A stretch of DNA of 64,000 bases from Octopus sinensis (GCF_006345805.1 NC_043026.1:13371579-13435578); one strand, 5' to 3'; numbered from the stretch's first letter, positions 25,124 through 38,446 are shown. The notes: generated by a model not told the origin, from the letters alone. A program made the numbers and translations.

Positions 25124-28100
25124 ATCATCATCATCATCATCATCATCATCGTTTAACGTCCGCTTTCCATGCTAGCATGGGTTGGACGGTTCAACTGGGG
25201 TCTGGGAAGCCCGAAGGCTGCACCAGGCCAGTCAGATGTGGCAGGTTTTCTACAGCTGGATGCCCTTCCTAACGCCAACCACTCCGAGAGTGTAGTGGGT
25301 GATTTTATGTGCCACCGACACAGGTGCCAGACGAGGCTGGCAGACGGCCACGCTCGGATGGTGTGTTTTTTATGTGCCACCGACACAGGTGCCAGACGAG
25401 GCTGGCAGACGGCCACGCTCGGATGGTTGTTTTTTATGTGCCACCGACACAGGTGCCAGACGAGGCTGGCAGACGGCCACGCTCGGATGGTTTTTTTATG
25501 TGCCACCGACACAGGTGCCAGACGAGGCTGGCAGACGGCCACGCTCGGATGGTGTTTCTTATGTGTCACCGACACAGGTGCTAGACGAGGCTGGCGGACG
25601 GCCACGCTCGGATGGTGTTTGTTACGTGCCCTCAGCACGGAGGCCAGTCATTGCGGTACTGGCTACGGTCACGTTCGGATGGTTTTCTTATGTGCCACCG
25701 GCACTGGTACACAAGGATACAAATTCCATTGATGTTCATCTATTTTGATTTGGTTCGATTTGATTTGATACGATTCGATTCTATTCTCACTTGCCTCAAC
25801 AGGTCTTCACAAGTGTCACAAGAAGGAAGGTATGCACAGGTGGACTGACTACGTCCCAGGTAGGGGCCACGGATTATGGCTTCACTAGTCTTGCCGGGTC
25901 TTCTCACGCACAGCATACTTCCATAGGTCTCGGTCTCTAGTCATTTCCATGGTGAGACCTAACGTCCGAAGGTCGTGCTTCACCACCTCGTCCCAGGTTT
26001 TCCTGGGTCTACCTCTTCCACGGGTTCCCTCAACTGCTAGGGATTGGCACTTTCTCACACACCTCTCTTCATCCATTCTCGCCACATGACCATACCAGCG
26101 CAATCGTCTCTCTTGCACACAACAACTGATGCTTCTTAGGTACAACATTTCTCTCAAGGTACTAACGCTCTGTCGAGTAAGTACACTGACATTACACATC
26201 CATCGGAGCATACTGGCTTCGTTCCTCACGAGCTTACGCATGTCCTCAGCAGTCACGGCCCATGTTTCACTGCCATGTAGCATAGCTGTTCGTACACATG
26301 CATCATACAGTCTGCCTTTTACTCTGAGCGAGAGGCCTTTAGTCACCAGCAGAGGTAAGAGCTCCCTAAACTTTGCCCAGGCTATTCTTATTCTAGCAGT
26401 TACACTTTCAGCGCACCCACCCCCACTACTGACTTGGTCACCTAGATAGCGGAAACTATCAACTACTTCTAGTTTTTCCCCCCGGAAAGTGACAGAAGTT
26501 GTTTTCTGCAGATTTTCGGAGGTCAGTGCTCCAGAGCACCTGCCACATACAAAAACTATCTTCCCAGTTAGCCTACCTTTGACATTGCTGCACCTCTTAT
26601 GTGTCCATAGCTTACACTGGGTACATCTTATAGAGTTTCTACCTACACCTTTTCTACAGATCGAGCAGGGCCATCTTCCTGATGATATTTGTGGGTTTTC
26701 TACCTTTCTACTTATTAGTACTTTGGTTTTAGCTAGGTTGACTCTAAGGCCCCTCGATTCTAAACCCTCCTTCCACACCTGGAACTTCTCCTCCAGTTCT
26801 GATAGTGACTCAGCGATTAGAGCGAGGTCGTCAGCATAGAGGAGCTCCCAGGGGCAACCGTCTTGAATTCCTCCGTTATTGCCTGGAGGACTATGATAAA
26901 TAGGAGGGGGCTGAGTACTGAACCCTGGTGGACCCCAACCTCTACTTTGAATTCTTCTGTGTACATGTTGCCAACTCTAACCTTACTTACGGCATCTCTG
27001 TACATGGCTTGCACAGCCCTCACCAGCCATTCATCTATCCCTAGTTTCCTCATTGACCACCAGATGAGGGATCGGGGGACCCTATCAAAGGCTTTCTCCA
27101 TGTCAACAAAAGCCAGGTACAGGGGCTTATCCTTGGCTAGGTATTTCTCCTGCAGCTGCCTTACCAGGAATATAGCATCAGTGGTGCTTTTCCCTGGGAC
27201 AAACCCAAACTGCATCTCATCTAAACTAACTCTCTCTCTAATTAGTTGGGCTAAGACCCTCTCCGTAACCTTCATTACCTGATCCAACAGCTTGATACCT
27301 CTGTAATTATTTGTATCCAGGGCATCACCTTTACCTTTGTAGCAGTTGACTAGTATGCTGCTACACCAGTCATTGGGTATGACTCCTTCGTGTATCACCT
27401 GGTTGACTATACGGGTGACTAGGTTATAGCCGACACTGCCAGATATTTTGAGCATCTCTGCAGTAATTCCTGATGGGCCTGGGGCTTTCCCTGTCTTCAT
27501 GCTTCTAACTGCCTTAGCTACTACGGAACTATCAACTCGGATAGCTGGTCTCTGTTGGGTCAACATTTGCAGACTCTCTTTATCCCATTCATTTTCTTTA
27601 TTCAGCAAACTTTCATAGTGGCATCTCCAAACCTCTCTCTTTGCATCCTCATTTAGCGCAAGTGAACCATCATCCATGCGAACACACTTCTCTCCTACCA
27701 CATCACGATTCTCTCTCACACACTGTCTTGCAACACGAAATACCTCAAGTCTTTCATCCTCACGGCTCAGAACATTGGCAAATTTTTCTTATCCGCTTCC
27801 CCTCTGGCTATATAAACCTGTCTCCTAGCTTCCCTTTTGGCTGTCTGATACAATTCCTGCTACCACCGTTCTTCCAGTCCTTCCAAGCCTGTCTCTTTTG
27901 TCTAATAGCCCCGTCAACCACAGTGTTCCACCACCATGTTACTCTGGGTCGAGATGGTACTTTGCTCCATCCACAGATCTGGTCAGTGGCTGTCAGCAGA
28001 TTGTCCCGTAGGAATCTCCAGTTGTCTTCCACATTAAGTGAAGCTATATCCCCTTCTATTTCGTCAGAGGCTTCGAGTAGTATGTCTCTAAATCTCTGTG

Positions 28101-28323
28101 CATTTGCAGGATCTTTAAGCTTCCAGACCCTTCTCCTCCAAGCTGGTCTTCTTCTGGGCGACCATTTAGCTCTGATCCTGAAGTCGCTAACTACTAATCT
28201 ATGTTGGGGAGTACATTCTTCGCCTGGGAAGGTTTTGGCATTTATAATCAGCCCTCTTTCCCTTTTTCTGGCAAGGATGTAGTCAATCTGGCTGGTGTGT
28301 CTGCCAGAACGGTAGGTGACTAG
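25124..28323 (-). mobile_element. RTE-clade LINE, 5'-truncated: end of APE, RT with PHD-like insert, 3' UTR with about 60-bp repeats, (GAT)n tail
   Basis: Three ORF pieces: SQIDYIL/TPQHRLVV; KAPGPSG, YRGIKLL, QFGF, GVHQGSVLSP; frameshifted LLYADD; FRYLG, RLRWYGHV, GRPRKTW. Lies antisense in intron 4. Confidence 0.95.
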
Positions 28324-28687
28324 GTATGTATGTTTGTGTGTCTGTGTTTGTCCCCCTAGCATTGCTTGACAACCGATGCTGGTGTGTTTACGTCCCCGTA
28401 ACTTAGTGGTTCAGCAAAAGAGACCGATAGAATAAGTACTGGGATTACAAAAGAATAAGTCCCGGGGTCGAGTTGCTCGATTAAAGGCGGTGCTCCAGCA
28501 TGGCCACAGTCAAAATGACTGAAACAAGTAAAAAGAGAAGAAAAAAGAGAGAGAGAGCTTAGAAAAACTGAAGGACTGCTGCAATAATGATGTGAATCTA
28601 GGAGGGGAATATGTTGAATAAAATCATAAGAATTGATCCACCTGCGTTTTCTTTTACTCAAAGCCAGGAACATTTTAGCATCTCCTC

Positions 28688-28730
<43 letters not shown>

Positions 28731-29140
28731 GCTTCCAAATAAGGAAGCTTAGTGCTAGAGACACAAAGAGGGATAAATTCGTGGAAAGAATGAAATTCTA
28801 TATGAATAATATTTTGTCTAATGACTAATTCGTCTTTTGTGCTAGGCCACTGGTAATAATAACTTATGTTGTTACCCTTTTTGATTATGTTTACATATTA
28901 CTTGATAAATTTGTTCGTAAAATTTTTTACCGGCATGCTCTCTGTCGCCCGGTACGTTTTGCATCTGCGCGGAGGTTTGAAAAGTTAAGATATACAAACC
29001 GTTAGATCTACATGTGCTCTAACGCTCTGTGCATCAAGGATTAAGAAGGCTTCCCACTGACGAGCCTTGCCTCGGCAAACATATTCTGTCTGTTTTGCTA
29101 GAAAGAGGTAGAAACTGATCAGTCTGGGATATATCTTTAA

Positions 29141-29359
29141 CCCTTTAGTGTTCAGATTATTCTATCAAACATAATGCTTATTGATTCCCATTGATTTGAA
29201 TCAATCATGCATTATCTCATGTCTTCAAGATCTTGATGGTGTAATTACTTAATGTAGAATAACATTGTAGGGTAGGTGTGAGAGCCTGGATCTGGTCAGT
29301 TTGAACATAAAACAGATTAGCTATTTTGGCTGGATATGGCTGGTTTAAATACTAAAGGG
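29141..29359. mobile_element. Second piggyBac-like MITE family (CCCTTTAG...CTAAAGGG)
   Basis: TTAA on both sides. Confidence 0.75.
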
Positions 29360-29554
29360 TTAATGGTAAATGTTTTTGATTTTCATTCTTTCCACGAATT
29401 TATCCCTCTTTGTGTCACTAGCACTAAGCTCCCTTATTTGGGAGCCTTTTATTATATTTCTATATGAATAATATTTTGTCTAATGACTAATTCGTCTTTT
29501 GTGCTAGGCCACTGGTAATAATAACTTATGTTGTTACCCTTTTTGATTATGTTT

Positions 29555-29607
<53 letters not shown>

Positions 29608-29639
29608 TATAATGCATGATCACCCTGTTGTTATTGTAG

Positions 29640-29814
29640 GTGCTACTGATGGCGCATGTCCCACCCGGCATTTTCGAGAGACGTGCCTTCCTCCAGTGGA
29701 TGCGACCAGACTTTAACGAGCAATTAGTGGACATCCTGTCTAACTACTCTGACACTGTTGACATGCAGATCTATGGACATGAACACACAGACACCTTCAG
29801 GTTGTTGTATAAAG
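29640..29814 (+). CDS. SMPDL3: SMPDL3-like exon 5 (HVPPG and GHEH metal motifs)
   Basis: TTGTAG acceptor, G|GTAAG donor; VLLMAHVPPGIFE...YGHEHTDTFRLLYK. Confidence 0.95.
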
Positions 29815-30051
29815 GTAAGGCAGTATTGTTGTTGTTTGTTTGTTTGTTTGTTGAGCGCTTGGGAGAAGTCCGAAGCGTGGTCCTTTGCTATTCGCAAGAC
29901 CTGTAGAAGAGAAAGCAGGTCAACCCCCGACACCGAGAGCATCGACGGATAGATGAATGCGCATCCAGGCTCAGCAGTTGTGTAGGAAGTCGGGGATAAG
30001 AAACAGGAAGAAAGAGCGAGAGAAAGTTGTAGTGGAAGAGTACAACAGGGG

Positions 30052-30332
30052 CAGCCTCGACTGGCCTCTGTGCTGGTGGCACGTAAAAAGCACCAACCAA
30101 TCGTGACCGTTGCCAGACTCCCCTGGCACCTGTGCCAGTGGCACGTAAAAAGCACCCACTACACTCATGGATTGGTTGGCATTAGGAAGGGCATCCAGCT
30201 GTAGAAACACTGCCAGATCAGATTGGAGTCTGATGCAGCCTCCTGGCTTCCCAGACACCAGTTGAACCGTCCAACCCATGCTAGCATGGAAAGCGGACGT
30301 TAAATGATGATGATAATGATGATGATGATGAT
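30052..30332 (+). mobile_element. RTE 3' UTR/tail fragment
   Basis: Same tail motif and (GAT)n end. Confidence 0.8.
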
Positions 30333-31021
30333 GTTCTCCTTTTGGCCACCCCATTACCACCCCCGCTTCCCTTGAAGGTGCCTCCCTCCGGGTGGGTGGG
30401 AGCAGTGTGACATGCTTTGGGAGCTACTGGGTTGAATAGTTCATACATCATCACCGTCGTTGTCATCGTCATCATTATCATTCTCTCTCTCTTTAGGCGG
30501 CGAGCTGGCAGAACCGTTAGCACGCCAGGCGAAATGCGTAGCCGTATTTCGTCTGCCGTTACGTTCCCAGTTCAAATTCCACCGAGGTCGACTTTGCCTT
30601 TCATCCTTTCGGGGTCGATAAATTAAGTACCAGTTATGCACTGGGGTCGATGTAATCGACTTAATCCGTTTGTCTATCCTTGTTTGTCCCCTCTGTGTTT
30701 AGCCCCTTGTGGGTAGTAAAGAAATAGGTATTTCGTCTGCCGTTACGTTCTGGGTTCAAATTCCGCCGAGGTCGACTTTGCCATTCATCCTTTCGGGGTC
30801 GATAAATTAAGTACCAGTTATGCACTAGGGTCAATGTAATCGACTTAATCCATTGTCTGTCCTTGTTTGTCCCCTCTATGTTTAGCCCCTTGTGGGTAGT
30901 AAAGAAATATATCGTTCTCTCTCTCTCTCTCGCTTTCCCTCTCTCACATATACACACACTCTTTCTTTCCCCATCTCCCCCTCTCTCTCAATCACTCATG
31001 TTTTCTTTTATCCCCCTACAG

Positions 31022-31716
31022 ATGGCGTCGTTGCATCAGTGATGCTGATGGCCCCTGCAGTCACTCCAATGAACAGCTCTTTGCCCGGTGTCGGGCCGAA
31101 CAACCCGGGTGTCAGGCTCTTCCACTACAACCGAACGACCCACCGCCTGCTCAACTACCACCAGTACTACTTGAACCTGTCGAGCATCCGTCCCGGAGTG
31201 AACCGTGCCGTCTGGCAGCTCGAATATCGCGCGCTGGAAGACCTCCCCCTCGACAACTTCTCCGCTCCGGCCTTCTTCCAGCTCGTCTCCGGCTTCTCCT
31301 TCAACAAGACATCCGCTTTCCGGCGCTACCTCCGCTACAACACCGTGTCGTACCAAAGGGATCCGATACCGGATCAGTGCACACTCGCCGAGCAGGTTTG
31401 TGCCATTGTGCACCCGACCATGCAGGGTTACATGCACTGCGCAGCAGTCTTAAGCCAGGGTAAACTCAACATCGACAACGCAGCAGTTAATTTCGACGGC
31501 ATCTCGTCCGTTCCGCCCATGCCCTTCTCACCAAACTACAGCTACCCCTCAGCCGCTCACCCTAGAGGGTCCGTTCATATATATGTGTACTACATTGTTG
31601 CTGTATGTAGCATGTGTCTGTGTCTTGCCTTTGTCATCCTTGCTGTGCTCCGGAAGCGATATACATCCACCCCGTACCTTTTGTTTCGGTATCACCCCCT
31701 AACCAATAGAAACTAG
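31022..31716 (+). CDS. SMPDL3: SMPDL3-like exon 6 (APAVTP, NNPGVRLF, C-terminal domain, TM helix, cytosolic tail)
   Basis: CTACAG acceptor, open to TAG at 31714-31716. The six exons total 1623 nt = 540 aa + stop, all phases compatible. No saposin domain, so SMPDL3-type rather than SMPD1. Confidence 0.95.
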
Positions 31717-31934
31717 ATCGACTACACCCCAAATTTGCTGTCGTCTGCTGAAGGGAGCCTTTACACTGCCACAAGAACTGGTAGAAATATCAGCCAAATC
31801 TCCCTCAAATATACCGTAATGTCTTATATATGTATATTTGTATATATATATGTATGATGAGCCAATGAATGAGATCTCTACATGGTAGACAAACCTTGTA
31901 GAAGTAGCAGCCAAATCTCCCTCAAATTACATCC

Positions 31935-32116
31935 TTCTGTCTTGTGTGTGTATATGTATATATGTATATATGTGTATATATGTATATGTGTATATGTATG
32001 TGTATATATGTATATATGTATATATATATATATGTATATATATGTATGTGTATATGTATATGTATATATGTATATATATATGTATGTGTATATATATATG
32101 TGTGTGTATATATATG

Positions 32117-32147
<31 letters not shown>

Positions 32148-32784
32148 GTGTATATGTATATATATATATATATATGTGTATATGTATATATGTGTATATG
32201 TATATATGTGTATATGTATATATATGTGTATATGTATATATTGTGTAATGTATATGTATTATATGTATATATGTGTATATGTATATGTATATATATGTAT
32301 ATAGTGTATATGTATTATATATGTGTATATGTATATATATGTGTATATGTATATATATGTGTATATATATATATAGTATATATATATGTATATATATAAT
32401 GTATATATATATAATATATATATATGTATATATATGTAATATATATATATATATATATATAATGTATATATATGTATATATTATATGATATATATATGTA
32501 TATATTATATATGTATATATATATATGTATGTGTATATATATATGTATATATTATATATATGTATATAATATGTATATATATATATGTATATATATATAT
32601 GTATATATATATATGGATATATGTATATATATATATGTATATATATATATATTATATATGTATATATATTATATGTATATATATTATATATATATATGTA
32701 TTATATATATATATGTGTATTATATATATGTATATAATATATGTGTATATATATATATATGTATATAGATGTATATATATAATG

Positions 32785-32817
<33 letters not shown>

Positions 32818-32996
32818 GTATATATAATATGTATATATATATAGTATATATATGTATATATATATATGTTATATATATAATGTATATATATATATGTATA
32901 TATAATATATGTAATATATATATGTATATATATATGTATATAATATGTATATATATATATGTATATATATAATATGTATATATATATATGTATATG

Positions 32997-33076
<80 letters not shown>

Positions 33077-33129
33077 TATATGTATATATATATATATTGT
33101 ATATATATATATGTGTATATATATATATG

Positions 33130-33160
<31 letters not shown>

Positions 33161-33366
33161 GTTATATATATGTATATGTATATATATGTATATGTATATA
33201 TATATATATGTATATGTATATATATGTATATGTAATGTATATATATGTATATGTATATATATGTTATGTATATATATGTATATGTAATATATGTGTATAT
33301 GTATATATATGTATATTATATATATGTATATGTATATATATATATATGTATATGTGTATATATATG

Positions 33367-33397
<31 letters not shown>

Positions 33398-33491
33398 GTG
33401 TATATATGTATATATATATATATATATGTGTATATGTATATATGTGTATATGTATATATGTGTATATGTATATATATGTGTATATGTATAT

Positions 33492-33527
<36 letters not shown>

Positions 33528-33642
33528 GTATATGTATATGTATATATATGTATATATGTGTATATGTATATATATGTGTATATGTATATATATGTGTATA
33601 TGTATATATATGTGTATATATATATATATGTATATATATATG

Positions 33643-33689
<47 letters not shown>

Positions 33690-33903
33690 GTATATATATA
33701 TATGTATATATATATAGTATATATATGTATATATATATATGTATATATATATATGTTATATATATATGTATATATATATATGTATATATATATGTATAAT
33801 ATATATGTATATATATGTATATATATATATGTATTATATATATGTATATATATATATGGATATATGTATATATATATATGTATTATATATATATATATAT
33901 ATG

Positions 33904-33934
<31 letters not shown>

Positions 33935-34415
33935 TATGATATATATATATGTATTATATATATATGTATATATATATATGTGTATATATATATATGTATA
34001 TTATATAATATATGTATATATATAATATATATGTAATATATGTATATGTATATATATGTATATGTATATATATATATATGTATATGTATATATATGTATA
34101 TGTATATGTATATATATGTATATGTATATATATGTATATGTAATATATGTATATGTATATATATGTATATGTATTATATATGTATATGTATATATATGTA
34201 TATGTATATATATTATATATGTATATGTATATATATGTATATGTATATATATGTATATGTATATATATGTATATGTATATATATGTATATGTATATATAT
34301 GTATATGTATATATATGTATATGTATATGTATATATATGTATATGTATATATATGTATATGTATATATATGTATATGTATATATATATATATGTATATAC
34401 ATATATATGTAGATA
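31935..34415. repeat. About 2.5-kb compound (TA)/(TG)/(ATATGT) microsatellite
   Basis: Direct reading; + strand almost C-free. Confidence 0.98.
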
Positions 34416-35749
34416 TGTATGAGCCAATGAGTGAGACCTCTACATGGTAGCTAAACCTGGTAGAGATTGCAGCCAAAATCTCCCTCACACTCTGTCTTAC
34501 ATGTGAGCAAGGGAGAGCTCTATATGCAAACAAATCTGCTATAAATAGCAGGTAGCTCTTCCTCAATTCATACCTTATCTTATGTATGTATATATGTATG
34601 AGACAACAAGGGTAACACGTACATGATAGCTTGATATGCTAGAAAAAACAGCCAAATCTCTTTCAAATCACACCTTACTGTTTTCTATGTATGTATGTAT
34701 GAGCTGACAAGGAAAACCTTTACGTGGCAACCAGATCTTATCGAAATAGCAACCAAATCTTCCTCAGATCACACCTTCCTCATGTCTTAGACATGTATTT
34801 ATGTATGTATGAGCCGATAAGGGAGACCTCTACGTGGCTACCAGACCTCATAGAAATAGCAGTCAACACTTCGTCAAAGCACACCCTCTTATGTATATGT
34901 ATGTACCATCAAGGAATCTCCCTACCAGTGATATACAGAATGATGGTGCCAAAACAGACACTAATGTTGTGATTAGCCAGTGAGCTTGTTAAAGAATATA
35001 TATTAGTGATAAAGACAGTATTAATATGGACTGTATTAATAAATGTGAATGTTCTGTTAGAACAGGCTATACTGTGGTAGATTACAAGAGAGACACTCTC
35101 ATACTGGCTTTTGGTGCAAAATGCCCTCTTGTTTATATTTATGTGTGTAACCTCGTCTTGGCTTCATAGCATATAGTACGACTGTCGCTGTCGTACAAAC
35201 AATGTTGTGTATTTCTAGTCTTTCATGAAAAACATGTCTGACCACGTGGAAATATAACCCTACTTGGAAGCAGGTGAGGGATGCCGATAGGAAGGGCATC
35301 TGGCCATAGAAAAATCTTCCTCAACAAATTCCGCTTGACACCTGAGTACCTGAAAGTAATCTATGTTTCAGTGTCTGTTTTCCATGCTGGCATGGGTTGG
35401 CAGGCTTTTGGCTGGAGCTGGTAAGCTGGTAAGCTGGAGGGTTGCACCAGGCTCCAGTCATCTGTTTGGCTTGGCTTCTATGGCTGGATGCTTGCCCTTC
35501 CTAATACCAAGGACATTAAAATGATGATGCACACGTGTGTGTGTGTGTGTTGTGTGTGTGTTTTGGGTTTTACTCAAAGCATTCATACGTTTGAAAATGT
35601 CTTTTTTTTTTTTTTTTCACAAAGCTCAAAATGCAAGCAAAGTTATAAAAAATAATAATATTCATAAAACACGAGCAAAGCTGGACAGAATCATCTGTAG
35701 AGTATTATAAAGATGTGTGTGTGTGTGGGTGTGTGTGTGTGTATATATA

Positions 35750-36712
35750 CTCTCTTTACTCTTTTACTTGTTTCAGTCATTTGACTGCGGCCATGCTGGA
35801 GCACCACCTTTAGTTGAACAAATCGACCCTGGGACTTATCCTTTGTGAGCCCAGTACTTATTCTATCGCTCTCTTTTGCTGAACCGCTAAGTTATGGGAA
35901 CGTAAACACACCAGCATTGGTTGTCAAGCAATGCTAGGGAGACAAACACAGACACACAAATACATATATACGATGGGCTTCTTTCAGTTTCCGTCACCAA
36001 ATCCACTCACAAGGCTTTGGTCGGCCCGAGGCTATAGTAGAAGACACTTGGGCCATGGTGCCACGCAGTGGGACTGAACCCGGAACCATGTGGTTGGTAA
36101 GCAAGCTACTTACCACACAGTCACTCCTGCACCTATAAAATATATAAAATTTTTATGTTCAGGTGTAATAAAAACAATTTTACATTAAGAGTGTTATAGT
36201 TCACTTTAAGCATTGTAATATTGAAGACTGTATAAAGAGAGAAAATGTGGAAAGTGTAATGAAATAGCGCTGGAATGAGAGGATTCTGTAGATGGAAACT
36301 GAAAGAAGCCCATTGTGTGTGTGTGTGTGTGTGTCTATATATATATATATATATTATTTGTTTCAGTCATTTGACTGCAGCCATGCTGGAGCACCGCCTT
36401 TAGTCAAGCAAATTGATCCCAGGACTTATTCTTTGTAAGCCTAGTAGTTATTCTATCGGTCTCTTTTGACGAACTGCTAAGTTACGGGGATATAAATACA
36501 CCAGCATCGGTTGTCAAGCGATGTTGGGGGGGACAAACACAGACACAAACACACACACACATACAATGGGCTTCTTTCAGTTTCCGTCTACCAAATCCAC
36601 TCACAAGGCTTTGGTTGGCCCAAGGCTACAGTAGAAGGCACTTGCCCAAGGTGCCATGCAGTGGGACTGAACCTGGAACTATGTAGTTCGTAAGCAAGCT
36701 AATTACCACACG
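35750..36712 (-). mobile_element. Two SINE family 1 copies (35750-36135, 36355-36712)
   Basis: Same consensus. Confidence 0.9.
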
Positions 36713-36903
36713 AACATGACCATCATACAAGCAGTGTCTCCTATTCCCACTCCTCTCCCCCAAAATCCATCACACTGTAGGGATGGGGAAGTATTATGTT
36801 GCTTAAAAACAGGCAAAGTTGGTGACGGGAAGAGCATCCAGCTGTAGAATATATTCACCTCAACGAATTCTGTCTGACCAATGAAAGCATGGAAAAATGG
36901 ACA

Positions 36904-38143
36904 TTAAGCCTTTCGTTACCAACCCGGCTGAAACCGGTTCTGGCTCTGAGTACAAATGTCTTGTTTTCATAAGTTCTGAATTAAAATCTTCCACCAAACC
37001 TTAGTCACAATTTATGTTCCTAACACTAGCTTAATGATAACAAAGTTATTTTACTAAATTCTTTGTTATATTTAAAATTAATTGAAAGAAGCACAGAGCA
37101 TCTCAACAGAAATATGGTAACAAAAGGTTGAAATATACAATAGAGAAACAATTCTTAACCCTTTTTGGTACCAACCTGGTTAAAACCACTTCTGTCTCTG
37201 TAGTACAAATGTCTTGTTTTCATAAGTTTTGAATTAAAATCTTCCACCAAACCTTAGTCACAATTTATGTTCCTAACACTAGCTTAATGATAACAAAGTT
37301 ATTTTACTAAATTCTTTGTTATATTTAAAATTAATTGAAAGAAGCACAGAGCATCTCAACAGAAATATGGTAACAAAAGGGTTGAAATATACAATAGAGA
37401 AACAATTCTTAACCCTTTTTGGTACCAACCTGGTTAAAACCACTTCTGTCTCTGTAGTACAAATGTCTTGTTTTCATAAGTTTTGAATTAAAATCTTCCA
37501 CCAAACCTTAGTCACAATTTATGTTCCTAACACTAGCTTAATGATAACAAAGTTATTTTACTAAATTCTTTGTTATATTTAAAATTAATTGAAAGAAGCA
37601 CGGAGCATCTCAACAGAAATATGGTAACAAAAGGGTTGAAATATATAATACAGAAACAATTCTTAACCCTTTTTGGTACCAACCTGGTTAAAACCACTTC
37701 TGTCTCTGTAGTACAAATGTCTTGTTTTCATAAGTTCTGAATTAAAATCTTCCACCAAACCTTAGTCACAATTTATGTTCCTAAAACCAGCTGAATGATA
37801 ACAAAGTTATTTTACTAAATTCTTTGTTATATTTAAAATTAATTGAAAGAAGCACAGAGCATCTCAACAGAAATATGGTAACAAAAGGGTTGAAATATAC
37901 AATAGAGAAACAATTCTTAACCCTTTTTGGTACCAACCTGGTTAAAACCACCTCTGGCTCTGTGGTAAAATGTCTTGTTTCCATAAGTTTTGAACTAAAA
38001 TCTTCCACCAAACTTTAGTCACAATTTATGTTCCTAACACTAGCTGAATGATAACTAAGTTATTTTACTAAATTCTTTGTTATATTTAAAGTAATCTAAA
38101 GAAACACAGAGCATCTGAAAATAATACAGTAACGAAAGGGTTA
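36904..38143. repeat. 5 x about 254-bp tandem array of the piggyBac-like MITE plus a constant spacer
   Basis: TTAA unit starts at 36904, 37155, 37409, 37663, 37917. Confidence 0.9.
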
Positions 38144-38446
38144 GAAATCGAAGATGATGATTATGATGATGTGTGTATGTATATGAATGATAGAGCGTGT
38201 GTTGTGTGAGTGTCCAGCTTTCTATTTTTTGTCCTAGAAACTTTATAAAATTTTACCTATATTTTTGACAGATAAAACCGTTTAGTCCTGGCATGTTAAT
38301 TTTAATGAGACTTTCAATGAAACAAAAATAATATTTGAAAGAGAATTTATATATATAGAAAACGAGTAAACAAAAAAAAAGTCTATAATAAATTATTATT
38401 TTGAAAATTCCAATTGTCTTTAGTTTTCTTAGATTTTATTTCTATT

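Noticed and set aside
28995-29035. Possible hammerhead remnant in the X segment of the A/B rearrangement
   Set aside because: I could not establish a complete core and stem I; at best a decayed relic.
31036-31437. 133-aa antisense ORF over exon 6 (also those over the ZF gene and exon 3)
   Set aside because: Shadow ORFs from codon bias of the sense gene.
31882-34450. Many long Y/I/M/C/V-rich ORFs (also at 16909-17388, 45791-46291, 47537-47954, 57530-58272, 59500-59778)
   Set aside because: Translations of microsatellites; no coding signal.
36904-38143. Repeat-spacer pattern resembling a CRISPR array (also the 134-, 142- and 198-bp arrays)
   Set aside because: Spacers are identical, units are transposon-derived, the context is eukaryotic and there are no cas genes.
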